DNA of 64,000 nt from Lachnospiraceae bacterium. Its GTDB lineage: Bacteria > Bacillota_I > Bacilli_A > RFN20 > CAG-826. How positions within the stretch are numbered: position 1 is the first letter of the stretch; every line of letters begins with the position of its first letter. Shown piece after piece: positions 29,509 to 39,794 of this stretch. The stretch lies in the NCBI GenBank assembly GCA_963661135.1, contig CAVKZO010000002.1:8614-72613 (forward strand), given 5' to 3'. The notes beneath the pieces are model-generated. The model searched no databases and was not told the DNA's origin. It saw only the letters and a program-made list of their open reading frames with translations. The position numbers and the translations under genes are program-made.

Positions 29509-30147
29509 ATGAAAAAAGCAATATTTTTCGATCTTGATGGAACGCTATGGGATGCATTGTCTCAGCTTACTGAAGCACGGAATAAAGCGATGATAGAAAA
29601 TAAAAAACATTATAGATTCACTTTAAGTTCGATGAAAAGTTTTATGGGTCTTACCCCTGAAGAGACAGTTAAGATTGCCTTTAATGATGTTTCTTTAGAA
29701 GAAGGAATGAAATTATTTAAAATTTGTTTTGATGAAGAAATTAAATATTTAATTAAAAATCCTGGTATTAAATATCCTTTTGAAGACGAAATTATAGAGC
29801 TATTGTCTAATAAATATGATTTATATATAGTGTCAAATGCTGATAAAGGATATATTGAAGATTATTTAATCGGATGCAATATGGATAAATATTTTATAGA
29901 TCATCTTTGTGCTGGTGATACTTTAAAAGATAAGTGGGAAAACATATTGAAAATGAAAGAAAAACATCATATCGATGATGTTATATATGTTGGTGATACG
30001 TTAAAAGATAAAATCCAATCTGAAAAAGCTAATGTTAAGTTTATTCATGCAAATTACGGGTTTGGAAAAATTGAGGAAGATGAATTTAAGATTGATTCAC
30101 TAAAAGAATTACCTTCTTTAGTTGAGAAAGTCTTTAATTTAAATTAG
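29509..30147 (+). CDS. HAD-superfamily phosphatase (phosphoglycolate phosphatase-like)
   Basis: Motif I FFDLDGTLWD, SNA motif II, and VGDTLKD motif III/IV. I prefer the ATG at 29509; the track TTG at 29470 adds an implausible RFRFRFR leader. Confidence 0.75.
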   Translation: MKKAIFFDLDGTLWDALSQLTEARNKAMIENKKHYRFTLSSMKSFMGLTPEETVKIAFNDVSLEEGMKLFKICFDEEIKYLIKNPGIKYPFEDEIIELLSNKYDLYIVSNADKGYIEDYLIGCNMDKYFIDHLCAGDTLKDKWENILKMKEKHHIDDVIYVGDTLKDKIQSEKANVKFIHANYGFGKIEEDEFKIDSLKELPSLVEKVFNLN

Positions 30148-30188
30148 TTTCAACGTTTTTAAAAACGTAAAATAAAGGGGGAAACAGT

Positions 30189-31652
30189 ATGAATTTTAAA
30201 AAGAAAAGTGCTGGGCAAAACGACTCTCCTTTAAAGTTGAATTACAAAAGAACCTTCATTATAGGGTTTGCTTTTTTTGGAATTCTTCTTTTATGGCAAG
30301 TTTACGATTCTTGGTGTCCTACATTTTTAACTGAGCTTTTTAAAGAAGCTTTAGGTGCTAGTAAGGAAAAGGATGTTCAATATCTAGTCGGTATCATGAT
30401 GGCTATTGATAACCTTGCAGCATTAATCTTATTACCAATATTTGGTAAATTATCTGACAAAACACACACAAAATTAGGAAAGAGAATGCCTTATATTATC
30501 GCAGGTACATTAGCATGTGCTATAGCATTCCCATTTATTCCTGTCGCATTCCATTATCATAATTTAGTCGGAACAACAATCGTTATGGCAATCGTCGTAT
30601 TCTTTGCGATGATGTATAGAAATCCTGCAGTCGCTTTAATGCCTGATATTACACCTAAACCTTTAAGAAGTAAGGCTAATGGTATTATTAATATTATGGG
30701 ATATTTAGGTGGAGCTTGCGCTACACTTGTTGGAATTGTATTCTCTTTATCGGTTTATTTAACTAAGAGCGATGCTGATGGAAATATATTAAGTTCTTGG
30801 GCAAATGGAACATCTAATATTTGGTTAGTTGAAGCACCTTTCTTAATCGCTTCGATTTTAATGGTTGGATCTTGTTTAGTATTAGTTTTTACAATTAAAG
30901 AAAATAAGATTGAAAAAGAGATGGAGCCATTGATGGAACTAGGTGAAAAGATGGCTGAGGTTGAAGTAAAAGTCGATGATGACCAACCTATGAGCAAATC
31001 AAATAAAATAATGTTAATACTTATTTTATCAGCAGAATTCTTATGGTTTATGGCTGATAATGGTATTAGTACATTCATGGGTAACTATACAATTTATTAC
31101 TTACATTGTAAGCATAGTTCTAACTTGATTAACACAATTGTTGGTGGAGTTGGTTCAATTATAGGTTTTGCATTAGGTGGAATAATTGCTGAAAAAATTG
31201 GTAGGAAATGGACATTATTCTCAGGATTAGGATTAACAGTAATTTCATATGCTGTATGGCTTGTTTTATCATTAACAATTAAGATTCCTGATCCAGGTGC
31301 TGGATTATATAATAGTTTCCCAATTTATTTAAATGTAATTTGGTTTGTTAAAGGTTTAGGAATGTCTTTAGTACATGTTAATTCATTCCCAATGGTTGTT
31401 GAATTATGTTCATCTAAAAAGATTGGTCAATTTACAGGTTACTATTACGCATCAAGTATGTTGGCTCAAACAATAACTCCATGTGTCTTAGGTTTATTAT
31501 TATTAAATGAAGGATTTGGATTTGATTTATTACCATTATATGCATTATGTTGTGTAGGAGCTTCTTTAATAATATTTATATTTGTTAAAAATGTTAAAGG
31601 GAATAAAACTAAATTTAAAAAAGGTTTAGAAGCTTTAGATGGAGAAGATTAA
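30189..31652 (+). CDS. MFS-type transporter (12 TM, with extended central loop)
   Basis: Polytopic protein with an MFS-like loop motif GKLSDKTHTKLGKRMPY after TM2. GGGGGAAAC RBS. Substrate unknown. Confidence 0.65.
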   Translation: MNFKKKSAGQNDSPLKLNYKRTFIIGFAFFGILLLWQVYDSWCPTFLTELFKEALGASKEKDVQYLVGIMMAIDNLAALILLPIFGKLSDKTHTKLGKRMPYIIAGTLACAIAFPFIPVAFHYHNLVGTTIVMAIVVFFAMMYRNPAVALMPDITPKPLRSKANGIINIMGYLGGACATLVGIVFSLSVYLTKSDADGNILSSWANGTSNIWLVEAPFLIASILMVGSCLVLVFTIKENKIEKEMEPLMELGEKMAEVEVKVDDDQPMSKSNKIMLILILSAEFLWFMADNGISTFMGNYTIYYLHCKHSSNLINTIVGGVGSIIGFALGGIIAEKIGRKWTLFSGLGLTVISYAVWLVLSLTIKIPDPGAGLYNSFPIYLNVIWFVKGLGMSLVHVNSFPMVVELCSSKKIGQFTGYYYASSMLAQTITPCVLGLLLLNEGFGFDLLPLYALCCVGASLIIFIFVKNVKGNKTKFKKGLEALDGED

Positions 31653-31654
31653 TA

Positions 31655-32383
31655 ATGAAAAAAGTTGATGTTTTAAAAAGGGTTAATCCTTTATTTTTAA
31701 AAGGTATTGCGCATAGAGGATTACATGATGAAAAATATACTGAAAATGGTATGCTAGCCTTTAAAAATGCGATAGACAATAATGTAAGTTTTGAGCTAGA
31801 TGTACATTTAACTAAAGATAATGATTTGATTGTATGTCATGATTCAGAATTAAAAAGAACAACTGGTAAAGAAGGTATTATTGAAGAATTAACAGTTGAA
31901 GAGATAAAGAGAAACTACAAGCTTCTTGACGGATCAGAGATTCCTACTTTAAAAGAAGTAATGGAATTAAATAATGAACAAGTTCCTATGGTAATCGAAT
32001 TAAAAGTTTATCGAAAGAATTATAAGCCACTATCTAAAAGGCTTATTAAAGAATTAGAAAATATTAAAGATAAAAAGAATTATATGTTGATTTCTTTTGA
32101 TCCTAGAGGTTTAATTCCTATGAAAAAAACAGGAATTGTCAGACAACTCTTAGTTTGGAAAGATAAAGAATGGACATTCTGTTTTAGACACTTTTTTGAA
32201 TCATTAGACTTAGATTATCGTATGATCGAAGAAAAAAGAGTTCAAAAATATTATAAAAATCATATTGTTAATGTTCGGACAATTGAAAGTATTGAACAAT
32301 TAAAAACAGTATCTAAATATATAGATACTGCAACATTTCAATATATAGATCCTAAAGAAGTTGAAGAAATATTAAAGAAATAA
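31655..32383 (+). CDS. Glycerophosphodiester phosphodiesterase
   Basis: GDPD catalytic blocks IAHRG..ENGMLAF and FELDVHLTKDNDLIVCHD. Starts 2 nt after the MFS gene. Confidence 0.85.
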   Translation: MKKVDVLKRVNPLFLKGIAHRGLHDEKYTENGMLAFKNAIDNNVSFELDVHLTKDNDLIVCHDSELKRTTGKEGIIEELTVEEIKRNYKLLDGSEIPTLKEVMELNNEQVPMVIELKVYRKNYKPLSKRLIKELENIKDKKNYMLISFDPRGLIPMKKTGIVRQLLVWKDKEWTFCFRHFFESLDLDYRMIEEKRVQKYYKNHIVNVRTIESIEQLKTVSKYIDTATFQYIDPKEVEEILKK

Positions 32384-32384
32384 A

Positions 32385-32960
32385 TTATTTCTTTTGACCT
32401 AATAAAAGGAATCCATCTTTATTGGATTCCTTTTTTATTATATTAAAGGAATCCGAATAAAGAGATGCTTCATCATCAATATTTTCAATATTTCTAGATA
32501 CATGCATACAATTTCTATGATGGATTTTTAAATCATCTAATGATAAATCACTAAAAATCAAAAAATAACCATTGTCATTAAGGTTTCTAAGTAAAGATTT
32601 TTTAAATTCATCTAAATTTAAAAAATGAGGATAAGCATTAAAAATAATAATGAAATCATATTGTTTTTTATTATAATTTAAAAAATCTTCTTTATAAAAA
32701 TGAAGCTCAGAATCATTTTTATATTTGTTTTTAGCTACTTCAATCATATTTGTGGATAAATCAATTGCGTCAACATCACATTTTGTAATCTCATTTATAG
32801 TTTTAGTGATAACTCCAGTTCCACAAGCAACATCTAAAGTTTTCATTCCTTCATTTAATGGGGTATTTAATAGTGTTTTTTTAATTTTATTAAGATCTGT
32901 TAATGATCTTTTATCCCATCCAGAAGCGAGTGTATCAAAGAATTCTTCAATTTTATTCAT
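32385..32960 (-). CDS. Class I SAM-dependent methyltransferase
   Basis: Motif I LDVACGTGVIT and a 191-aa length. Its stop codon lies 1 nt from the stop of the convergent GDPD gene. Confidence 0.75.
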   Translation of the reverse strand: MNKIEEFFDTLASGWDKRSLTDLNKIKKTLLNTPLNEGMKTLDVACGTGVITKTINEITKCDVDAIDLSTNMIEVAKNKYKNDSELHFYKEDFLNYNKKQYDFIIIFNAYPHFLNLDEFKKSLLRNLNDNGYFLIFSDLSLDDLKIHHRNCMHVSRNIENIDDEASLYSDSFNIIKKESNKDGFLLLGQKK

Positions 32961-33039
32961 AGATTTAAATTATATAAAAAATATAGAGTTTTTTCAAAAA
33001 TTTATTTAATTAGAATCTTGTTTTTATTATACTAGTTTT

Positions 33040-33585
33040 ATGAATAAAATTGAAGCTAGAAAGAAATATTTAAAGATTAGAAAAAACATTTCAAATAGAG
33101 TCAGCAAAGATGAAGTTATTTTTAATAAAATTATTGAAAATAAAAAGTTTAAAAAAGCTAATGTAATAGCTATATATAAATCTATAAAAGGTGAATATGA
33201 AACCGAAAAACTAGTAAACTATTGTTTAGAAAATGGAAAAACTGTATGTTTTCCTAAAGTAATTGATGATGAAGTAATGTTGTTTTATAAAGTTAATAGT
33301 TTAGATGAAGTAAATGTTAACGGTAAATATCCTGAAATTTTAGAGCCTTCAGGAAAAGAAGAAAACTTAATTGTTAAAGAAGATATTGAGTTGATGATAG
33401 TACCTTTAATATGTTTTGATGATAGAAATTATAGAGTTGGATATGGAAAAGGGTATTATGATCGATATTTATATGGAAATGAAACTATTTATAAAGTAGG
33501 TTTATCATATCAAGAATTAAAAATTGATGAATTTTTAGAAACTGATGATTTCGATGTTATTTTAGATTTAATAATTACTGATTAA
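33040..33585 (+). CDS. 5-formyltetrahydrofolate cyclo-ligase
   Basis: RVGYGKGYYDRYL signature and a ~180-aa length. Confidence 0.8.
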   Translation: MNKIEARKKYLKIRKNISNRVSKDEVIFNKIIENKKFKKANVIAIYKSIKGEYETEKLVNYCLENGKTVCFPKVIDDEVMLFYKVNSLDEVNVNGKYPEILEPSGKEENLIVKEDIELMIVPLICFDDRNYRVGYGKGYYDRYLYGNETIYKVGLSYQELKIDEFLETDDFDVILDLIITD

Positions 33586-33653
33586 AAAATATATAATCAC
33601 ATTCATTTTAAAATATTTTTATAAGAGTAAAATATTTTTTGAGGTATAAAAAT

Positions 33654-35402
33654 ATGTTCAAAAAAGAGAATTTGATTAAATTACAAAATGAATTAAAAAA
33701 AGATAATGTAAAAGCATTTTTAATTTTAACTAGCGATCCTCATGGTAGTGAATATTGTGCGGATCATTTTTTAGTATTAAGAAAATATTTTTGTCCATTT
33801 ACTGGTTCTGCTGGACAATTATTAGTTTTTCAAGATGAAGCTTATTTATTTACTGATGGAAGATACTGGATTCAAGCAAAAAATGAATTAGAAAATAGTG
33901 GAGTAACTTTAATTAGAGATGGAGATAAAGGCGCTCCCTCAATCGTTGAATTATTAAAAGCTAAAGGGATTGATAAATTATATACAGATACATTGTTGAT
34001 GAGTGAAAAAATGTATAGACATTTTAATTTAAATAAAATAGAAATAATCGACAAATCATATAGTTATTTGATTGAAAATCTACCAACTTTATCTGATAGT
34101 AAAGTATTTAAATTAGATGATGATTTAAATTCATTAAGCTATAAAGAAAAAATAAATAAGATATTGAATGAAGTTGAATCTAAAGGCGCTAGAGCTAATT
34201 TAATAACATCATTAGATGATATTGCTTGGATTTTAAATTTAAGAAGTGATGATATCCCTTGTAATCCTGTATTCTATTCCTATTTATATTTATCAAGTAC
34301 TATTGGAAATCATTTATTTATCAATAAATCTAAATTAGATTTTAAAATTGAAGGAATTGTAGTTCATGATTACGATGAAATAGTAGATTTTTTAAATAAA
34401 AATAATGATATATCAACCTTAGTAGATGAAAATAAAGTAAATGCTAAATTGTTTAATATTTTAAAAAATAAAATTATAGGAAGGAATCCTTCATATTTAA
34501 TGAAAGCTATAAAAGATAAAATAGAATATGAAAATATTAAAAGAATTCAAGCGATTGATGGAGTAGCTTTATTAAAATTTAATAAATATTTAGATGAAAA
34601 TATAAATAATAATTTAACAGAATATGATTATAGTGAAAAATTAAAAGAATTTAGATTAGAAAATAAAGAATGTTTTGAGTTGTCTTTTGATACGATTGCT
34701 GCAGTCGGAAAAAATGCAGCTCAAATGCATTATGAACCTACTAAAGATAATAATAGTGTTGTAAATGATAAAGAAATTGAATTACTTGTAGATAGTGGTG
34801 GTCAATATTTTGGTGGAACGACAGATACTACAAGAACATTTTTAATTGGAAAACCAACTAGTGAATATATTCATGACTACACTTTAACTTTAAAAGCTGT
34901 AATTGCGGTTAGTAGAGCGATATTTTTAAAAGGGAGTGATGGTCACACATTAGACATATTAGCTAGACAATATATATGGAACGAAGGAATGGACTATAAA
35001 TGTGGTACAGGTCACGGTGTAGGTTATATTTTAAATGTTCATGAAGGACCTAACGGATTAAGGTATAGAGCGATGAAAGATAGAGATGATCAAGATCCAA
35101 TCGTTCCAGGAATGGTAACTACTATCGAACCAGGTGTCTATAAAGAAAATAAATATGGTATAAGAATTGAAAATAATTTATTATGCATCAAAGCTTATGA
35201 AACTAGTGATGGAGAATTTTTTAAGTTTGAAACTATAACTTATGTACCTATTGAAACTAGATGTTTAGATATGTCATTAATTAATGATACTGAAAGAGAA
35301 TGGATTAATAATTATCACCAATTAGTATATGAAAAGCTATCTTTTTTAATAAAAGATAAAGAGTTATTAGAATATTTAAAATTAAAAACAAAAAGAATTT
35401 AA
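33654..35402 (+). CDS. Xaa-Pro aminopeptidase (M24B, three-domain aminopeptidase P type)
   Basis: Pita-bread metal ligands in DSGGQYFGGTTDTTRT, GHGVGYILNVHEGP and TIEPGVY..IRIEN. ATG at 33654 behind GAGGT; the track TTG at 33639 is rejected. Confidence 0.85.
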   Translation: MFKKENLIKLQNELKKDNVKAFLILTSDPHGSEYCADHFLVLRKYFCPFTGSAGQLLVFQDEAYLFTDGRYWIQAKNELENSGVTLIRDGDKGAPSIVELLKAKGIDKLYTDTLLMSEKMYRHFNLNKIEIIDKSYSYLIENLPTLSDSKVFKLDDDLNSLSYKEKINKILNEVESKGARANLITSLDDIAWILNLRSDDIPCNPVFYSYLYLSSTIGNHLFINKSKLDFKIEGIVVHDYDEIVDFLNKNNDISTLVDENKVNAKLFNILKNKIIGRNPSYLMKAIKDKIEYENIKRIQAIDGVALLKFNKYLDENINNNLTEYDYSEKLKEFRLENKECFELSFDTIAAVGKNAAQMHYEPTKDNNSVVNDKEIELLVDSGGQYFGGTTDTTRTFLIGKPTSEYIHDYTLTLKAVIAVSRAIFLKGSDGHTLDILARQYIWNEGMDYKCGTGHGVGYILNVHEGPNGLRYRAMKDRDDQDPIVPGMVTTIEPGVYKENKYGIRIENNLLCIKAYETSDGEFFKFETITYVPIETRCLDMSLINDTEREWINNYHQLVYEKLSFLIKDKELLEYLKLKTKRI

Positions 35403-35403
35403 T

Positions 35404-35439
35404 AAAAAAATAGATTGCATGGAAGCAATCTATTTTTTT
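35404..35439. terminator. Bidirectional terminator between convergent genes
   Basis: tagattgc / gcaatcta 8-bp stem flanked by an A-run on the 5' side and a T-run on the 3' side. Confidence 0.75.
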
Positions 35440-35440
35440 A

Positions 35441-37786
35441 TTAAAGAGGTAAATCTTTTTTCTTAAATATTTGAATTGATGAGGTGTACATTACTATTGA
35501 AATCGCTACTAATCCAATAAGTTTATACCAATATTGATTCGATCCAGTCATAACGCTATACGCATCAAATAATGACGTGATAGTCATATAATTAAATACA
35601 TTCATAGCGCTAATTCTAACAGTTCCAGGAATTGCGTTGGTTCCGAATAAACCTAAAATAGCACATATAAAGAAGAATATTGATATACCACCTCCAACTC
35701 CGATCGCATATGAAGTTTTATTAAAGTAACAGCTTGTTAAGAAACAAATACTTGATATAGCTAATGTTACTAAATAGTTACCTAATGTATATTTTAATAT
35801 GTGAATTACAGGTAATGATGTAATTAAATCAGTTCCTCCGCATAGTATACCAATCTCTCTAGAAATTAAAGCAAACACAAGTAAGGTTAAAGTCATTACA
35901 GTTTCAGAGAATATTAAGTATACTGCTTCAGTAAAGATAAATGTTGTTCTTTTAATTGGAGTAGAGAATGTGAAAGCTAATGATCCGTTTTCAACTTTTT
36001 GAGCTACTAAATTATTAGATAATAATATTGTATAAGCCATAGGAACCAATAGTGCAGCGATAGCAAATCCTACCATACCAACGATAATTCCGTAAGTATT
36101 CATATCACCCATCTCAGTTAAAGAGTTATTAACTTTCGTTGGTAATTGATCCATAACTCCACTTGATGAAGTTACATTAGCAATTAAAGTTGCATCAGTT
36201 GTAGAATACCCTTCATTTATTTTAGTTTTATATATTTTTTTATAGCTTGATATTGAGCTAGCAGTATAAGAATAGACAGTATTTAATATAGATTTTCCAC
36301 TTAATCCATTCTTTTCTGCACTAATTTGATCAATAGAAGTGATTGATTCATTATATTTTTCGTTATATGCTTCAATCAATTGATCTGAAGCGACAGCAAC
36401 TATCTTATCGGTTACTAAATCTTCAATTGCATCAGTTTGAACAGTACTATTTTTGTAGTATGTATTTTCGTTATTTTCGTCTCTAGTGATGTATTCTTTC
36501 ATGAACGAATTTAAATCGTTAATTAAAGTAGTAGAAGATTCTTTTGCTTCATCTTTAGCTTGTTGAATCTCTTCTTCAGTATAAGGAGTACCAGTTAATG
36601 CTTCTTTTCTCATTTTATGAGCCGTATTAGCATTAATTCCTAAATCACCAGATCTAACAATAAATTTAGATGGATTATAAGTTTTAATTTCGATTTCTTG
36701 TTTGATTTCATTTCCATTTGAATCATATTTTCCTGTAGAAATATATGTTACAGGCCATCCAAGTTCTGAAGTGATGTATTTAACTTCGAATGAAGGTAAA
36801 TATGCGTAATATGCTTGATTATTAATCTCATTTTTTGCAGCTTCAACAATCGCAGTAGAATATAAAGAATTTACATATTGGGTATCAGTCTCGTATTTTG
36901 TTTGATTTTTATTATATTCATCACTTAAAAAAGTAAAGATTGTATCGGCAGTTTCTTGATCCATCATCTTGCCTGCAACTAAATCAGCTAATTGAAAACT
37001 ATACGAAATACTGACTGAATTTGTTGATTTATTATCGGTATACACTTCACTATAAGCATTATTTAAAGTTTCTTTTAAAGACTCTACAGTTGCATCTTCA
37101 ATTGAATATGCAGTTTTGATATATGAAGCTATAGCTGAAGGTAATGTTTTTATTAAGATATCTTTATTGCTTTCCGATTTATTTGAATGATATTCATCTA
37201 AATAATCTGATACTAATAATTTTGCTATAGCCTTTGTTTGTTCATCTAAACTAGAATTATTAATTGTAGTTTCTGAAACAATCATCGTAGTTGCTTTAGC
37301 AGTGCTATGTTTTGTAGCATCATCTCCTGAAGCGATGTTATATGCTGTGTTATATATTGTTTTAATGCCACTAAATAATGATTCAACTTGAGAATTTGTA
37401 GGGGTAGATAAAGCTGTATTTAATGAAGATTGAACAGTGGATAAACTGCTTGATAAAGTTTCGTATCCACTAGCTGCACTAGAAAATGCTTGGTAATATC
37501 CAACTGTTCCACCTTTCAAAGTTGATTCTAAATCTGCATTGTCGAATAAATTCTTTAAAGCGTCGCTAGTAGAATTAATATTTAATGTAGATAAGATTCC
37601 GATGACACATGTAATTAAAACGCCATTAGCAATAGAAGTGATTAATAATCCTTTTTTATTACTTTTTATGGATTCTTTAAAAATAGCTTTAGAGAATATT
37701 CTAGATTTTTTCTTTTTGTTTATTTTTTTAGGTGGTAAAGCATATTCTTCTTCTTTAATTTCTTTATTATTTAACACTTGTTCCAT
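35441..37786 (-). CDS. ABC-2-type permease with ~500-aa extracytoplasmic domain
   Basis: Basic N-terminus and TM1 (LLITSIANGVLITCVIGILSTL), a long T/S/N/E-rich ectodomain, then ~6 C-terminal TM helices. AAGGAGG RBS. Last gene of a three-gene ABC operon. Confidence 0.7.
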   Translation of the reverse strand: MEQVLNNKEIKEEEYALPPKKINKKKKSRIFSKAIFKESIKSNKKGLLITSIANGVLITCVIGILSTLNINSTSDALKNLFDNADLESTLKGGTVGYYQAFSSAASGYETLSSSLSTVQSSLNTALSTPTNSQVESLFSGIKTIYNTAYNIASGDDATKHSTAKATTMIVSETTINNSSLDEQTKAIAKLLVSDYLDEYHSNKSESNKDILIKTLPSAIASYIKTAYSIEDATVESLKETLNNAYSEVYTDNKSTNSVSISYSFQLADLVAGKMMDQETADTIFTFLSDEYNKNQTKYETDTQYVNSLYSTAIVEAAKNEINNQAYYAYLPSFEVKYITSELGWPVTYISTGKYDSNGNEIKQEIEIKTYNPSKFIVRSGDLGINANTAHKMRKEALTGTPYTEEEIQQAKDEAKESSTTLINDLNSFMKEYITRDENNENTYYKNSTVQTDAIEDLVTDKIVAVASDQLIEAYNEKYNESITSIDQISAEKNGLSGKSILNTVYSYTASSISSYKKIYKTKINEGYSTTDATLIANVTSSSGVMDQLPTKVNNSLTEMGDMNTYGIIVGMVGFAIAALLVPMAYTILLSNNLVAQKVENGSLAFTFSTPIKRTTFIFTEAVYLIFSETVMTLTLLVFALISREIGILCGGTDLITSLPVIHILKYTLGNYLVTLAISSICFLTSCYFNKTSYAIGVGGGISIFFFICAILGLFGTNAIPGTVRISAMNVFNYMTITSLFDAYSVMTGSNQYWYKLIGLVAISIVMYTSSIQIFKKKDLPL

Positions 37787-37787
37787 A

Positions 37788-38717
37788 TTAAATTTCCTCC
37801 TTTATATTCTTTCTAGATTCATCAAAATAAGTTTGTAATGTGTAAGGTAATTGAGTGATGAATTTAATATCATTTCCTTTTAACTTTAAGAACAATTCAT
37901 TGACATCTTTTTTATTGACTCTAATGACTAATTGATGGTCATTATTTTTGATTTTAATGCAGTTTTTACGATAGATTTTTTTAAAACTTTCAAATTCTTC
38001 TTTTTTATTAAATTCAATTTTATAATCTCTTAATGGTCGATTTTTAATTTTATTAACATCGACAACTTCAACGATTCTACCCTTAGAAATTAAAGCTACT
38101 TTATCTGCGACTTTTTCTAATTCTTCAATAGTGTTGCTTGACATGACGATAGTTTTATTTTTAGCTTTCTCTTCTAAAATGATTTTAAGTACTTCATCTC
38201 TCATTAAAGGGTCTAGACCTGTCGTAGGTTCATCTAATAAAATGATTGGAGAATTCTTCATTAAAGATGTAACTAACGCAGTTTTTTGTTTCATGCCTTT
38301 AGACATTCTTCTAGGATATGCTGTGATATCTAATTGAAGTCTTTTAATGTAACTATTTGCGTTAGCAAAGTCTTTTTCTTTGATGTTATTTTGACTTGCA
38401 AATTGTCTTAAAAATTCAGTGCCACTCTTTAAATCAGGAAAGTTTATTTCTCCAGGAACGTATCCTATAAAATTTTTGGTTTCTGCAGCATCTTTATAAG
38501 CATCGTAATTATAGATTCTAATATTTCCTTTATCTGATTTAATAAAACCCATAATTTGTCTTAATAAGGTTGTTTTTCCAGCTCCATTTTCTCCTACAAG
38601 ACCTAAAGTTTCACCTTCATATATATTGATATTTAAATCGAAGTTACCTCTAGATTGGCCATAATCTTTAGTGACATCATTTAACGAGATAACTATTTTT
38701 TTATCTTTATTTTCCAT
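37788..38717 (-). CDS. ABC transporter ATP-binding protein (second ATPase)
   Basis: Walker A GENGAGKTT, signature MSKGMKQK, Walker B ILLDEPTTGLD. ~90-aa C-terminal accessory domain. Confidence 0.88.
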   Translation of the reverse strand: MENKDKKIVISLNDVTKDYGQSRGNFDLNINIYEGETLGLVGENGAGKTTLLRQIMGFIKSDKGNIRIYNYDAYKDAAETKNFIGYVPGEINFPDLKSGTEFLRQFASQNNIKEKDFANANSYIKRLQLDITAYPRRMSKGMKQKTALVTSLMKNSPIILLDEPTTGLDPLMRDEVLKIILEEKAKNKTIVMSSNTIEELEKVADKVALISKGRIVEVVDVNKIKNRPLRDYKIEFNKKEEFESFKKIYRKNCIKIKNNDHQLVIRVNKKDVNELFLKLKGNDIKFITQLPYTLQTYFDESRKNIKEEI

Positions 38718-38725
38718 ATTTATAC

Positions 38726-39646
38726 CTACATAGAAGAATATGTTCTATCTTCTTTATAAAATGACATGAAGTAATCTTCTAAAGTTTCTTTTCTCTCTTT
38801 AAAATCTTTTAAATCCATCTCACTTAATTTCGTTATCATTTTATTAACTTGTTTATCTTCGATAGTAAATAAGACTCTTTTACTTATTAAACTTTTTTCT
38901 AATATTTTATAAGGCTTGTTTTTAGCTTTAGTAAAACTTAAATATTCTTCTTTTTTATTAAATATAATTTCGTAAGTTTTTAAAGTTTTATGTTTTAAAT
39001 CGCTAGAATTAAATAAGGATACGATAACTCCATCTTTAATGACAGCAATTCGATCGCAACAAGAATCGATTTCACTAAAAATATGAGAAGAAAGAAGTAT
39101 AGTTTTTCCTCTTTCTTTTTCTTTTTTAATCAATTCAACAAATACATCTTGCATTTCAGGGTCAAGACCAGAAGAAGGTTCATCCATGATGATAACATCT
39201 GGATCATTCATAAAAGCTGATACGATAACTAGCTTTCTTTTCATACCTAAAGACATATCTTTACATAATAAATTAGTATCTAATTGAAATATGCTAATTA
39301 ATTCGTTTAAGTACTTCGTATCTTTTAATCCTTTTAATTCTTTTTGAATATCTAATACTTGTTTACCGGTTAATAGTGGGGGTAAAGAAATTTCTCCAGG
39401 GATATATGAGACACCTTCCATAACTTCATTTCTATCGTAAAATGTGCTTCTTCCATTAATTAAAGCTTGGCCTTCATCTTGCTTACTAAATCCCATTAAG
39501 ATTCTTATAGTAGTCGATTTACCTGCTCCGTTAGGTCCTAAATATCCAAAACATTCACCTTTATGAACTGAAAAGTTAACATCGAATATCCCTCTGCCAG
39601 AGCCAAAATCTCTCGTAAGATTTTTAATTTCTATAATGTCGTCCAT
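38726..39646 (-). CDS. ABC transporter ATP-binding protein (first ATPase)
   Basis: Walker A GPNGAGKST, signature MSLGMKRK, Walker B IIMDEPSSGLD. ATG at 39646 behind AAGGAGGG; the track TTG at 39664 is rejected. Confidence 0.88.
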   Translation of the reverse strand: MDDIIEIKNLTRDFGSGRGIFDVNFSVHKGECFGYLGPNGAGKSTTIRILMGFSKQDEGQALINGRSTFYDRNEVMEGVSYIPGEISLPPLLTGKQVLDIQKELKGLKDTKYLNELISIFQLDTNLLCKDMSLGMKRKLVIVSAFMNDPDVIIMDEPSSGLDPEMQDVFVELIKKEKERGKTILLSSHIFSEIDSCCDRIAVIKDGVIVSLFNSSDLKHKTLKTYEIIFNKKEEYLSFTKAKNKPYKILEKSLISKRVLFTIEDKQVNKMITKLSEMDLKDFKERKETLEDYFMSFYKEDRTYSSM

Positions 39647-39696
39647 ATATTGCCCTCCTTTCAAGTAATTGAACTCTTGTATAATTATTCACGAAG

Positions 39697-39710
39697 AGTA
39701 TAATAATACT
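39697..39710. promoter_or_regulatory. Inverted repeat AGTAT-aata-ATACT (candidate TetR operator 1)
   Basis: Located in the divergent intergenic region between the ABC operon and the TetR gene. Overlaps a TATAAT-like box. Confidence 0.4.
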
Positions 39711-39738
39711 TGTGAGTGCAAAATCAATATTAAAATAT

Positions 39739-39752
39739 AAGTATTTATACTT
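39739..39752. promoter_or_regulatory. Inverted repeat AAGTAT-tt-ATACTT (candidate TetR operator 2)
   Basis: Same AGTAT/ATACT half-sites as operator 1, 42 bp away and ~45 bp upstream of the TetR start. Confidence 0.4.
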
Positions 39753-39794
39753 TTTAGTTTAAATTGGTCAATATTGCAAAAGGAGAAATTATTT

